64,000 bases of DNA from an uncultured archaeon (GTDB lineage: Archaea; Asgardarchaeota; Lokiarchaeia; Sigyniarchaeales; SOKP01), in assembly GCA_964486045.1 (NCBI GenBank), contig CAZALK010000018.1, positions 149 through 64,148 of the forward strand, written 5' to 3'. Both the position numbers and the translations under genes were made by a program. Below, piece by piece: positions 21,077-30,195 of the stretch. Numbering within the stretch: position 1 is the first letter of the stretch; the number at the start of each line of letters is the position of its first letter. The notes beneath the pieces are model-generated. The model saw only the letters and a program-made list of their open reading frames with translations. It ran no database searches and was not told the DNA's origin.

Positions 21077-22162
21077 TTGATAATGGAAAGAATAATTATA
21101 TCTCATTGGAATCAGCAAACAGGACCAGAACCGATAATCCAATACCCTCCAGAGAAAAATTTTCCCTCTAAAGATTTATTCTTAAAAATTTGGGCTAAGC
21201 ATGAACTAAATAAAAATAAAACTTCTATGATCGAATTTATCCCTGAGGATGGTGAGAATAGTTTTGTGTCAATTATTCAACATTTCGAAAATGAAATATA
21301 TTTCCTTATTTTAGTTTATGAGCATGGTAAAATAGTAGAGGAGACCTCTCCGGATATATTAGCAAGTATGAGTAAAAACTTGATTGAGTTAATCAATACT
21401 AACAAGATTACACGAGCTATTTCGGAAGCCTATAATACAATAAAAAATTACTCAAAACTCGATGAAGAAGAAAATCTAATTAATTTTTTTCAAGATAAGA
21501 TAAAGTATACAATACTACAAATATTACGAGATGGTGTAATATCTAAATTTGATCTGACTAATAAGTTACGGCAAGATTACGGTTTTTCCACATTAAATAT
21601 TGACCTAATCCTAATAGCTTTTATCCGTGAGAACTTAATAATCAAAGCGAATGTTCCAGGAAGTAAAGAATGTTATTTTTTGGTAAAGGATGTATCTTAT
21701 ATGAGGATCCCCCCCAATTCATTACCCATGGATAATAGGGAGGATGTAATATCCAAAAAATATTTAAAAGAATTAGAAAATTTCTATTATGGTTATGATA
21801 TTGTTTCTGAGATAGAAAATAAAACAATTGTCCAATCTGTATTACTAGATAGGGATGTTTTCTCTTTGATTAAATCCCTAAGGAAAGAAAATCTTACTGT
21901 GAATGAATGTTTTAATATATTAAATAATCGCGAAGAGCTTTTTAATGAACTATTGGAAAAGAAATTTATATATGAAACTAAAGGTATTGTGTATATCTTC
22001 TCGGATGTTCGCTTTATTAAATTTAAACCACATTATATAATCAAAAAGTTAGTGAGAAGGTATCAGAAACAAGAGATTTCTTTAAATGAATATTTAGCGC
22101 ATTTAAAGTTATTAAACGAGAAACCTACGGAAAATTTTTCCACAGATTATGAAATTGTGTGA
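21077..22162 (+). CDS. Longin/uDENN-like domain protein
   Basis: N-terminal IIISHWNQQTGPEPIIQYP resembles the 'hydrophobic strand-x-GP-x-YP' start of NPRL2/folliculin/DENN longin domains. Confidence 0.55.
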   Translation: MIMERIIISHWNQQTGPEPIIQYPPEKNFPSKDLFLKIWAKHELNKNKTSMIEFIPEDGENSFVSIIQHFENEIYFLILVYEHGKIVEETSPDILASMSKNLIELINTNKITRAISEAYNTIKNYSKLDEEENLINFFQDKIKYTILQILRDGVISKFDLTNKLRQDYGFSTLNIDLILIAFIRENLIIKANVPGSKECYFLVKDVSYMRIPPNSLPMDNREDVISKKYLKELENFYYGYDIVSEIENKTIVQSVLLDRDVFSLIKSLRKENLTVNECFNILNNREELFNELLEKKFIYETKGIVYIFSDVRFIKFKPHYIIKKLVRRYQKQEISLNEYLAHLKLLNEKPTENFSTDYEIV

Positions 22163-22216
22163 GGTATCCTTCAGTATTACCTACAATTTAATAATTTTTT
22201 ATTAAAAAGTTTTAAT

Positions 22217-22912
22217 TCACCTAGTTAAGATCGAAGAGTCTGAAATTTTTTTATCGATTGGGGCTATTCCGTCCCCATATATATGATATAGTCCAGTTCT
22301 TCGAGCAGTCTCATAAAAACTACGAAAAATATCTTTTTCTTGATCAAACAAAGCGCATGTTTTATATATTAAAGGATTCCATATAAACAATTCATGTTTA
22401 GGATCATACCAAAGATTCTCCTGTTTCAAAATTGAGATAAAATCTTTATCATCGATTATTTCTTTAAGATCTTGTTTATTTAACATGATTATCAAAGGAA
22501 TTTCTTTTATAAGTCTATTATTTGTTATATTTTTTAACTCTAATAAGAATTCAATATTATCCTCAAAAAATCTTATTTGAGAATCAACAACAAAAATAAC
22601 AGCATCAGTTTCTCCATCAAGGTCATTAAAAACTTTAGTTCGAAGCGGAGAAAAAGATTTTTGACCCGCGACCGTATATACTCGATAATATATCTTTTTT
22701 TTTTTTGTGGATTGAAAAATACCTCTATCAAAATAAAGCGTAGCACCGCTTGTTCTATCTATCTTTTGTAAATTACTAACAGGAATAATTTCTCTTTTTC
22801 CATCCTTTGTTAATTGATATAGGGTTTTAAGTATAGTAGTTTTGCCGCTCTGGGCAATCCCGTAGTATATGATCTTCAAATAAATGTTTCCATTTTTATA
22901 TTGAACCATCAC
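22217..22912 (-). CDS. MglA-like small GTPase
   Basis: KIIYYGIAQSGKTT, TLYFD, YTVAGQ, FVVDSQ and NKQD motifs. Confidence 0.85.
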   Translation of the reverse strand: MMVQYKNGNIYLKIIYYGIAQSGKTTILKTLYQLTKDGKREIIPVSNLQKIDRTSGATLYFDRGIFQSTKKKKIYYRVYTVAGQKSFSPLRTKVFNDLDGETDAVIFVVDSQIRFFEDNIEFLLELKNITNNRLIKEIPLIIMLNKQDLKEIIDDKDFISILKQENLWYDPKHELFIWNPLIYKTCALFDQEKDIFRSFYETARRTGLYHIYGDGIAPIDKKISDSSILTR

Positions 22913-23010
22913 AAAATCTCCTAGTTATATTTATAATTGAATTAGCTTAATAGAATCTTTTTTTGTCTATTAATTACTTATGTTTTTCTTTGACTATAAT
23001 ATTATTCCAC

Positions 23011-23062
23011 TCTAATAAATTCAATTTGAATATAAACTATAATTTTCAAAATTAAGGATTAA
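23011..23062 (+). repeat. Intergenic block A, copy 1 (copy 2 at 24513-24564)
   Basis: tctaataaattcaatt...aattttcaaaattaaggattaa is present at both sites. Confidence 0.75.
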
Positions 23063-23192
23063 GTGTTATAATATTATTTTTATAAAAAACAAAAAAAAAG
23101 AAATTAATTATGGTCTAAATTTATTACTACATTTACTACAGATTGGATCGGTCTCTTCTTACTATGGTTTAAGGTTCTTTTTCTACTATTAA

Positions 23193-23879
23193 CTATGGGA
23201 AGATTGGTGAAAAAAATAATAGCCATCCTCCGATGATTACTTCAAATATAATCGCCACCAGACCACCTATAACTGTAAGGACTTGAAAGCCGCGTTTTTG
23301 TTTAAAGTTAGGTTTTGTAAGTTCTATTCCATTACCGAAGCCAATTAAAATGCCAGCAACAATTCCTAACCATCCAATAAAGAGGGGTACTCCTCCATAG
23401 GCAACTAATACGATTGAAAATGCGAGTGTACCAATGGACCATAAGATCATTGCAAATTTGAACCTAGAGCTATTTGTTTCGGTAATGGTACGAGCTGAAT
23501 CACTTAACGAAGATTTTTCAGCACCACTAGTACTTGAGTATTGTCTTGCTATTTTGAGAAATCCCCCATAGTTTTTATCATCATAGATAAGGATCAAGCC
23601 TTCTCCCATTCGACAGATGAGAAGAACGATTCCAAGTATTATGTTATATGGGAGTCCGAAAATAACAAACAATATTATAGTAAGTATAATGACGCTTACA
23701 TTATGTATGAGCGCTAACCCGATACTTAATTGAAATTTTTTTGGAGCATCATTAATCTCTTGGAGCCAAGATTCTGAGTAACTTGTTTCTACTTTATAAC
23801 CAAATACCGGTAGCACTATCAAATATAAAACCAAAATAAACAGAAAGAGAAAACCAGCTAATCTTATTAGGATGATCAA
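23193..23879 (-). CDS. DUF4386-like membrane protein
   Basis: RLAGFLF, several TM helices, VP.FIGWLG and FE.IIGGWLL motifs. Confidence 0.75.
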   Translation of the reverse strand: MIILIRLAGFLFLFILVLYLIVLPVFGYKVETSYSESWLQEINDAPKKFQLSIGLALIHNVSVIILTIILFVIFGLPYNIILGIVLLICRMGEGLILIYDDKNYGGFLKIARQYSSTSGAEKSSLSDSARTITETNSSRFKFAMILWSIGTLAFSIVLVAYGGVPLFIGWLGIVAGILIGFGNGIELTKPNFKQKRGFQVLTVIGGLVAIIFEVIIGGWLLFFSPIFP

Positions 23880-24014
23880 AGGGAATCCTCCATGTCACCG
23901 TATTTTTTGTATAAATAATATTGTGTAATTTTATACCACCTTTTTTTTAAATATTTTTAATTGTTAATTTTAATACAGATTGGGGTTCTAATAATTTTTT
24001 TTTATAATACAATA

Positions 24015-24050
24015 TTTTTTTTACAATGAATAATGAATCTCAGATAGACT
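24015..24050 (+). repeat. Intergenic block B, copy 1 (copy 2 at 24565-24600)
   Basis: ttttttttacaatgaataatga...ca.atag.ct is present upstream of both 24111 and hdrC. Confidence 0.75.
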
Positions 24051-24110
24051 AGAATAAGAAGTAGTACTATCTTCAAATTAAAATTAAATTTTAAGTTAAA
24101 GTGAAAATTT

Positions 24111-24494
24111 ATGGCGGGTTTTGATGAAATGTTTGATGCTCGTACTGAGATTGAAAATTTTACTGAACAAAGAATAAGAAAATTATTAGAAGAACCTATG
24201 AATTCTTTTCAAGAGCCTAATTGGGTTCAAGCAGCAATACTTTTTGAAGATGTGGCAATACCTTGTAATAAAGTTTATTTTAATGAGGATATGTATAAAT
24301 TAGCTAATGCAATTGTAAATAGAGCAAAGGAAAACGGGTGTGAAGTTGTATATATAATAAATCCAGAGGTATATGATCTAAATAGAGAGATTACTTCTTC
24401 AGATGATTTCGATATCGCTAGCCATAAATCAACTATTAGAAAAATTCTTAATTGGATGCAAAATTGCAAAGATTTCCTAAAAGTATGGCGGTAA
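24111..24494 (+). CDS. Hypothetical protein
   Basis: 127-aa ORF; no recognised motif. Confidence 0.6.
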   Translation: MAGFDEMFDARTEIENFTEQRIRKLLEEPMNSFQEPNWVQAAILFEDVAIPCNKVYFNEDMYKLANAIVNRAKENGCEVVYIINPEVYDLNREITSSDDFDIASHKSTIRKILNWMQNCKDFLKVWR

Positions 24495-24628
24495 TCCTTT
24501 ATAAAATTCTAATCTAATAAATTCAATTAGATTATATATAACAATTTTCAAAATTAAGGATTAATTTTTTTTACAATGAATAATGATTTTCAAATAGTCT
24601 ATTTAATAAAAGGAAAAAAATCGAAATC

Positions 24629-25156
24629 ATGCATACATATTCTGACTCAGATTGGAATTGGGAATTTTATCAAGAACTCGTGGAGGATGTTAGCGAGAAT
24701 AAGAATATAATCCAATGTATGCAGTGTGGAAAGTGTGTTGGTTCTTGTCCTGCCTCTAAAATCTCTGACTTTAATATCCGGAAAATTGTAAATAAAGTAC
24801 TTCGAGGAGATAAAAGCGTATTGAAAGATTCTGATATTTGGTATTGCTTCTTATGTGAACGTTGCACAAAAATATGCCCAAAAGACAATATCAATATCCC
24901 CTTATTAATCATTAATCTGAGGAATGAAAGCTTTAAGAAGGGCTTCGGTCCCAGATACAATAACTTGGGAAAATACGTCGAAATGTCTGAAAGATTTCTT
25001 ACTAAAGGTGTAGTAGTTGAAGAACCCCTAGGTAAATTGCTCCCAAAAGAAAGAATTGATGAGTTAAATGAAATATGTAGTTTTGCTAGAATAAAATACG
25101 TATTTTCGGCAAGTAAACTCAATAAAAAAAAGAAGAAAAAGTCAAAAAAATCATAA
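24629..25156 (+). CDS. hdrC: Heterodisulfide reductase subunit C-like
   Basis: CMQCGKCVGSCP and WYCFLCERCTKICP; directly upstream of hdrB. Confidence 0.88.
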   Translation: MHTYSDSDWNWEFYQELVEDVSENKNIIQCMQCGKCVGSCPASKISDFNIRKIVNKVLRGDKSVLKDSDIWYCFLCERCTKICPKDNINIPLLIINLRNESFKKGFGPRYNNLGKYVEMSERFLTKGVVVEEPLGKLLPKERIDELNEICSFARIKYVFSASKLNKKKKKKSKKS

Positions 25157-25171
25157 AAAAATCAATCTAAT

Positions 25172-26188
25172 ATGATAACAAGCAACCTTTCTTTAGATTT
25201 AGATAAAATAGAGAGTGAATATCCAGAAAATCCAATAGATTTTTTCAGAGATAAAAGGATCTGCCTTTTTAAAGCTTGTTTGGAGGGAAAAAGATTTTTC
25301 CCTGGTGTAAGATGGGGAATTCAAGACTTTCTTGAAGAACTAAAATTAAACGTAGATGTTTGCACTAACCAAACGTGTTGTAGTGGAACTTTTTTCCAAA
25401 GGAATTTGATTACTAGAGCTCAATTCAGTGCTATTAATGAAAGAAACCTTTTTGAGCTTAACGAGCAAGCAGACATTGTTTTTTTCAGTTGTAACGGTTG
25501 CTATAACTCTCTAATGCGGGGTCGAGAATTCTTACAAAATCAAGAAGTTTATGGAAAAACTATTGAAATTTTAAATAATGTAGGAAAAAAAGTAGGAGTA
25601 AATAACACAGGAAAATACAAAATATTAGAAGAACCAAGAGTTCGATTTATCCACGATTTGGATTTTTTATACTTAATAAGGAATGAAGTTCTTAATTCAT
25701 TAAAGTTTAATTTAAAAGGTCTCAATGTAGCTGTGCATTATGGCTGTCATTACTTGAACTTATCAAGGGATAAAAGAACCTCTGAAATGTATTTAAAGGA
25801 TAAAACTAAAATGGATGATTTAGTCACATTATTTGGTGGGACATCTATTGATTATCAAGAAAAGGAAGGTTGTTGTGGTTGGGGTGCAAGTCAAATAGTA
25901 ATACATCCGAAAGAAGCATTACAGATTACCCATAGTAAATTGAAAAGCGCAGAAAATGTTGGTGCTGATTTTATGCTAATGCCCTGCCCTACTTGCTTAT
26001 ACACACTGAGTAAACCAGAATATAGGGAAAAAATTCATAATTGGTATGGAGAAAAGCTAGATATTCCCACAATTCATCTCAATGAATTACTAGCAATATT
26101 AAGGGGGTGTGAAGAAGATCGATGCATATCTCTTCGAAGAAAAATACCCCGACTCCATGAAATTTTCGAAATAATAACAAAAGAATAA
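25172..26188 (+). CDS. hdrB: Heterodisulfide reductase subunit B-like
   Basis: Two CCG domains: TCCSG/CNGC and HYGCH/CCGWG/CPTC. Confidence 0.88.
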   Translation: MITSNLSLDLDKIESEYPENPIDFFRDKRICLFKACLEGKRFFPGVRWGIQDFLEELKLNVDVCTNQTCCSGTFFQRNLITRAQFSAINERNLFELNEQADIVFFSCNGCYNSLMRGREFLQNQEVYGKTIEILNNVGKKVGVNNTGKYKILEEPRVRFIHDLDFLYLIRNEVLNSLKFNLKGLNVAVHYGCHYLNLSRDKRTSEMYLKDKTKMDDLVTLFGGTSIDYQEKEGCCGWGASQIVIHPKEALQITHSKLKSAENVGADFMLMPCPTCLYTLSKPEYREKIHNWYGEKLDIPTIHLNELLAILRGCEEDRCISLRRKIPRLHEIFEIITKE

Positions 26189-26193
26189 AAAGT

Positions 26194-26377
26194 CTGACGT
26201 CAATTTTAAAACTTAAAGCATAAATTCCAAGTATGAAGTCGGGAATCTAGGACAAGAATCTAAACAACACTTTTCAAAAAATAAGTCATAAAATAAACAT
26301 TAAGTATAATTTATATTAGTATTTTATTTTCCAAAAGTACTACAAGTTTAATTAAAGTTAATATGGGAGAAAGCAAG
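26194..26377 (+). repeat. 184-bp diverged direct repeat, copy 1
   Basis: Colinear with 26920-27103; shares gtataatttatattagtattttatttt and ends in ATG GGA GAA AGC AAG versus ATG GTA GAA AAC AAG. Confidence 0.85.
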
Positions 26378-26569
26378 ATCTTTTCAGATTACGCTCAGAA
26401 AGAAAAAAATGGGAGTTAATAAAGGAGAAAGAAAGAGGATTTATTCAAAGTACTCGATAAGATTAAATAAAGAATAACTCCTGTGTTGCTTTTCTTAATT
26501 TAGATCAACAAGTAGAAAAGAGATAAGAAATTATAAAAGGTAAAATAATTATTTAGATAGTGAGAAAAA

Positions 26570-26770
26570 ATGACCTCTAATCTTAAGGAAGAAATTATAG
26601 ATCTCATAAAAAAATTACCAGAAGATGCTACAATTGATGATATCATGTATCATCTTTACGTTAAAAAAAAGATACTCGCTGGTATTAAAGATCTAGATCA
26701 AGGAAAAGTAATTCCTCATGAAAAAGTCATGGAGAATGCTAAAGAGAGATTAGAACAATGGTTGAAATAG
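26570..26770 (+). CDS. Putative antitoxin (RelE/ParE partner)
   Basis: LPEDATIDDIMYHLYV..KI..G..D...GKVIPHE.V pattern; overlaps a toxin-like start. Confidence 0.75.
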   Translation: MTSNLKEEIIDLIKKLPEDATIDDIMYHLYVKKKILAGIKDLDQGKVIPHEKVMENAKERLEQWLK

Positions 26771-26808
26771 AATGGTCTTCTATAGCTCAAAATGATTCAA
26801 GTTTTTAA
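26758..26808 (+). pseudogene. Truncated RelE/ParE toxin (MVEIEWSSIAQND...)
   Basis: Typical RelE/ParE N-terminus overlapping the antitoxin end; stops after 16 aa. Confidence 0.65.
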
Positions 26809-26918
26809 CTTCTTACAATCTCCTCCTTAAAGATTCTTTTAGCTTGAATATCACCAACCTCGCATAACCTTTTTAGTAGAGGGAAGGCTAAGTTTGAATG
26901 AATGAGTCTCGTATCATA
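26805..26918 (-). pseudogene. Gene fragment YDTRLIHSNLAFPLLKRLCEVGDIQAKRIFKEEI
   Basis: Matches a motif I recall from an expanded Lokiarchaeia protein family (often LRR-associated); it has no start and is truncated at both ends. Confidence 0.55.
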
Positions 26919-26919
26919 A

Positions 26920-27103
26920 CTGACATTAAATTTAAAATTTAAAGAAAAGATTCCAGTTCTTTGAACGGGAATTTAAGACAAGTAACTAAACCTAACATTA
27001 TAAAATATATTTCATAAAACAAACATTAGGTATAATTTATATTAGTATTTTATTTTCTAAAATTACTACAAATGTAATTATTGTTAATATGGTAGAAAAC
27101 AAG
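26920..27103 (+). repeat. 184-bp diverged direct repeat, copy 2 (upstream region and first 5 codons of the DMT gene)
   Basis: Colinear with 26194-26377. Confidence 0.85.
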
Positions 27104-28024
27104 CATCCCATACCTTCCTCAAAGAAAAGAATAATCGCGATATTTTTATTAGTTCTTACTACAGTGTTATGGGGTACGTCATTCATCCTTACAAAAAACA
27201 TAACTGAAAATGTTCCTATTTTTCTTTATATGGGATTACGATTCGCAATCGCCTTTTTAGGGTTTATACCGTTGTTTTTTCGCTTAAAAAATCTTAATAA
27301 AAGAGCAGTTTTAATGAGTTTAATCACAGGTATGATATATTTTGTTGGTTTTGCGATTCAAACACATGGGCTTCAAACAACAACCGCAGGAAAAGCTGGT
27401 TTTGTGACTGGATTGAGTGCAATTATAGTCCCATTTATGGCGTGGTTTATGATTAAAAAACCACTAACCAAGAGAGTTTGGGTAGCTGTGATATTGTCTA
27501 TAGCGGGAATGGCTTTCCTATTATTAGAAGGTGAATCCGGAATAATTATTGGTGATTTAATCGTATTAATTAGTGCTTTCTTCTGGGCTCTTTATATTTT
27601 ATATAATGATAAATATGTTCCACTCGTGGATATTTATTCCTATTCCATGGTACAAATAGCGGTAATATCTGGTGCTAGTTTTATTAGTTCTTTGCTATTA
27701 AGGGAATCTTATTCTTCATTGTCACTAACTCCATCTTTTTGGTATGTAATGGTATATATGGGCATCGGGGTTATGACCCTGACTATTCTTTTTCAGAATT
27801 GGAGCCAGAGATATCAAGGTCCAACTCAAACTGCTGTTATTTTTACCTTAGAACCTGTTTTTGCAGCCTTGTTTGGATTTATTATTGGAAATGAAATATT
27901 ATCTTTGCTTGGTTGGATTGGTTGTGGTTTTATCTTTATCGCAATTATCATTACAGTGTTTAAAAAAACCGATCATAGTGGTATTAAATCCAAAAAAAAG
28001 AATTTATTGGTACAGCGTACATAA
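27089..28024 (+). CDS. DMT/EamA family transporter
   Basis: LWGTSF, GLQTTTAGKAGF and LEPVFA motifs; about 10 TM segments. Confidence 0.92.
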   Translation: MVENKHPIPSSKKRIIAIFLLVLTTVLWGTSFILTKNITENVPIFLYMGLRFAIAFLGFIPLFFRLKNLNKRAVLMSLITGMIYFVGFAIQTHGLQTTTAGKAGFVTGLSAIIVPFMAWFMIKKPLTKRVWVAVILSIAGMAFLLLEGESGIIIGDLIVLISAFFWALYILYNDKYVPLVDIYSYSMVQIAVISGASFISSLLLRESYSSLSLTPSFWYVMVYMGIGVMTLTILFQNWSQRYQGPTQTAVIFTLEPVFAALFGFIIGNEILSLLGWIGCGFIFIAIIITVFKKTDHSGIKSKKKNLLVQRT

Positions 28025-28157
28025 CTTTTTACTCAAACAATCATTTAAATATTTAAAAAGGTATTCTTTTTATATAAAAGGGTTGTTTTGTTAAGAATAA
28101 TTCTTTTCACCAATTTTTAATTAAGTTTAAATTAGTTGAATTCCCGAGATTTGAAAA

Positions 28158-28319
28158 ATGGCCACACCTGAATTAAATTCAAAAGATCTAGTCATATGTA
28201 ATAAGTGTGGCAACGTAATGATTACGAGAAAGATACGAATGAATCATTCAAGTGAAGAAGAATTCCAAACCATCAATCAATGCATAGTATGCCGATTTTG
28301 GACCCCATTAGATGGATAA
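28158..28319 (+). CDS. Stand-alone TFIIS-C-type zinc ribbon (53 aa), absent from the ORF track
   Basis: MATPELNSKDLVICNKCGNVMITRKIRMNHSSEEEFQTINQCIVCRFWTPLDG, a C-x2-C-x24-C-x2-C-x2-W pattern. Confidence 0.7.
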   Translation: MATPELNSKDLVICNKCGNVMITRKIRMNHSSEEEFQTINQCIVCRFWTPLDG

Positions 28320-28520
28320 ATTCTGCGAGTAATAATTTTATTCACTTTGGGAATAGAGATATGCAACATGTTTGAAATTCGAAACCGTAATATCGAATTT
28401 TCACCATTTTCATTCTTTATTACTTAAAAACTATGATAAGAAGTTTTAAAATCTTAACAAGAGCCTCAATTAGTGATTTATGCACTTATCTATCTCTAAA
28501 CATTAAGCTGGAAAGAAAAA

Positions 28521-28760
28521 AAGAAGTGTCCTAAGAACCCGAGCAAAATAATAAAATCAGGGAGAGAATTAAACTCAAACGAGTTTAATAGAGGGCTTAA
28601 TCAGAGAGGAGAACCTCCAAACTCTTGAAATCCAATGTTTCTCGGATGCAGATTGGACATCTTCTATCTATAGTAGGCAATCCATACTTAAAAATTAGAC
28701 GATTATAAATTATTTCTGTTCTTATGGTGAGAACAAAGTGTGAATAAACTAGCACCTCTT
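28521..28760 (-). ncRNA. Candidate structured RNA (~240 nt) of unknown family
   Basis: Terminal stem AAGAGGUG/CACUUCUU, three internal hairpins and a 3' U-tract. Confidence 0.3.
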
Positions 28761-28843
28761 ATACCTTATAATCTAAACATTATTTATTACTAAAATCATT
28801 AATGACAATAAACTAATATCTCTAAAAAATGCAAAAAAAGAAA

Positions 28844-29650
28844 CTAGCCCAATAACTCTTCTATTTTAAGTTTTAATCCATCTTCAGCTGCGATAATTCT
28901 TTTAATGTTAGTTTTTTCTTGGAGTTTTGCGACTTGCTCTGGAACATGATTTTTCTGTGAACGGGGTCCATCCATAAATGAACCAAAATGACTAATAATT
29001 AGACAATCTAGTGGAGTGCTAATCTTATTCAGATAGGGAATAACTTCATCAGTACAAACGTGTCTTTTGCAAGTTACAGAATCCGGACGCAATAAATTCA
29101 GAATAAGAATGTTAACATCCGCAAATTGGTCTGAAAATCCATCAAAAACCATAGTATCACTAGAATAAGCTAAAGAATAGTCATCAAGATTAAATCGTAG
29201 TCCAAATCCTTCATTATTAGGAGAGTGAACAACTTTACTTCCTATTATTTCTACTCCCTTGTAAATGATTATATCCCCAGTTTTAAATTTAACAATTTTT
29301 TCGACCATATTTAAGTGATAATCAGAAATCAGTGAAATAACATCATCAGTGGTGATCAAAACGCCCTTTTTATAATAGTTATAATTTTTATCGTGCAATG
29401 ATTCCCTTGAGCTTTCGATTACAGCACTTAAATCGTTATAATGGTCAACATGGGAATGAGATACAATAAATAGTTCAGTTTTTAATGGATCTTCTCCATA
29501 TTGATTAATCCGAACAATGGCACCGGGCCCGGGATCAATGTGAGCTTGTAGTCCATTGAATTTAAATAAAAATCCTCCCGTAGCACGATGTTGAGTTCTT
29601 ATTTGATGCCTTCCTCCCCCAGATCCAAGAATAACTAACTCATCGTCCAT
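28844..29650 (-). CDS. MBL-fold metallohydrolase (PhnP/RNase Z-like)
   Basis: LGSGGGR, IDPGPG, SHSHVDH, YSSDT and SHFG motifs. Confidence 0.85.
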   Translation of the reverse strand: MDDELVILGSGGGRHQIRTQHRATGGFLFKFNGLQAHIDPGPGAIVRINQYGEDPLKTELFIVSHSHVDHYNDLSAVIESSRESLHDKNYNYYKKGVLITTDDVISLISDYHLNMVEKIVKFKTGDIIIYKGVEIIGSKVVHSPNNEGFGLRFNLDDYSLAYSSDTMVFDGFSDQFADVNILILNLLRPDSVTCKRHVCTDEVIPYLNKISTPLDCLIISHFGSFMDGPRSQKNHVPEQVAKLQEKTNIKRIIAAEDGLKLKIEELLG

Positions 29651-29676
29651 AATTTAATAGTTTTTTCTCCTTTAAA

Positions 29677-30195
29677 TCAATATTTACTAACTTCAATAAG
29701 CTTTTTTGCTAGCGAATTAAATAACAAATCAATATTGTATCCTATTTTAGCAGACGTTTTTATATAATCAAACATATTAAAGATATTTTTTACGTGAAGT
29801 GCACTTTCATCGTCTACCGCTATAAAATCTTCTAAATCATTTTTTGTTCCAACCAATAGGATTGGTAAGTTTATATCATGAAGTCTGGCAATATTTACCC
29901 ATTCCAAAAGATCTCCTATTTTTGGCATCCTTGTTAAGTCAAACAATAGGATTGCACCTCGAGCACCCATAACAAAACTATCAAGAAGATGCCGAAATCG
30001 TTGTTGTCCTCCTAGATCCCATAGTTGTAGAGAGCATTGTATATCATCAAATAAAATTTCTTTAGTGAAAAAATCTACTCCAACAGTCATAACACTGGAC
30101 TCATCGAACATCCCATCTACATATCGACGTAGTAAACTCGTTTTTCCTACCGTTGCATTTCCAGTTACTAAAATTTTAAATATATAGTTTCGCAA
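29677..30195 (-). CDS. Rab-like small GTPase
   Basis: GNATVGKTS, TVGVDF, WDLGGQ, TKND and SAK motifs. Confidence 0.92.
   Translation of the reverse strand: MRNYIFKILVTGNATVGKTSLLRRYVDGMFDESSVMTVGVDFFTKEILFDDIQCSLQLWDLGGQQRFRHLLDSFVMGARGAILLFDLTRMPKIGDLLEWVNIARLHDINLPILLVGTKNDLEDFIAVDDESALHVKNIFNMFDYIKTSAKIGYNIDLLFNSLAKKLIEVSKY

Noticed and set aside
23860-23900. Frameshifted 5' end of the DUF4386 gene (upstream ATG out of frame)
   Set aside because: GGAGG lies 7 nt before the in-frame TTG and is an adequate ribosome-binding site.
28521-28760. RNase P RNA, SRP RNA, C/D-box sRNA or SECIS
   Set aside because: Only partial look-alikes were found (GAGGAGAAC on plus, AACAGAA on minus, CUGA without a C box), not in the required order or strand.
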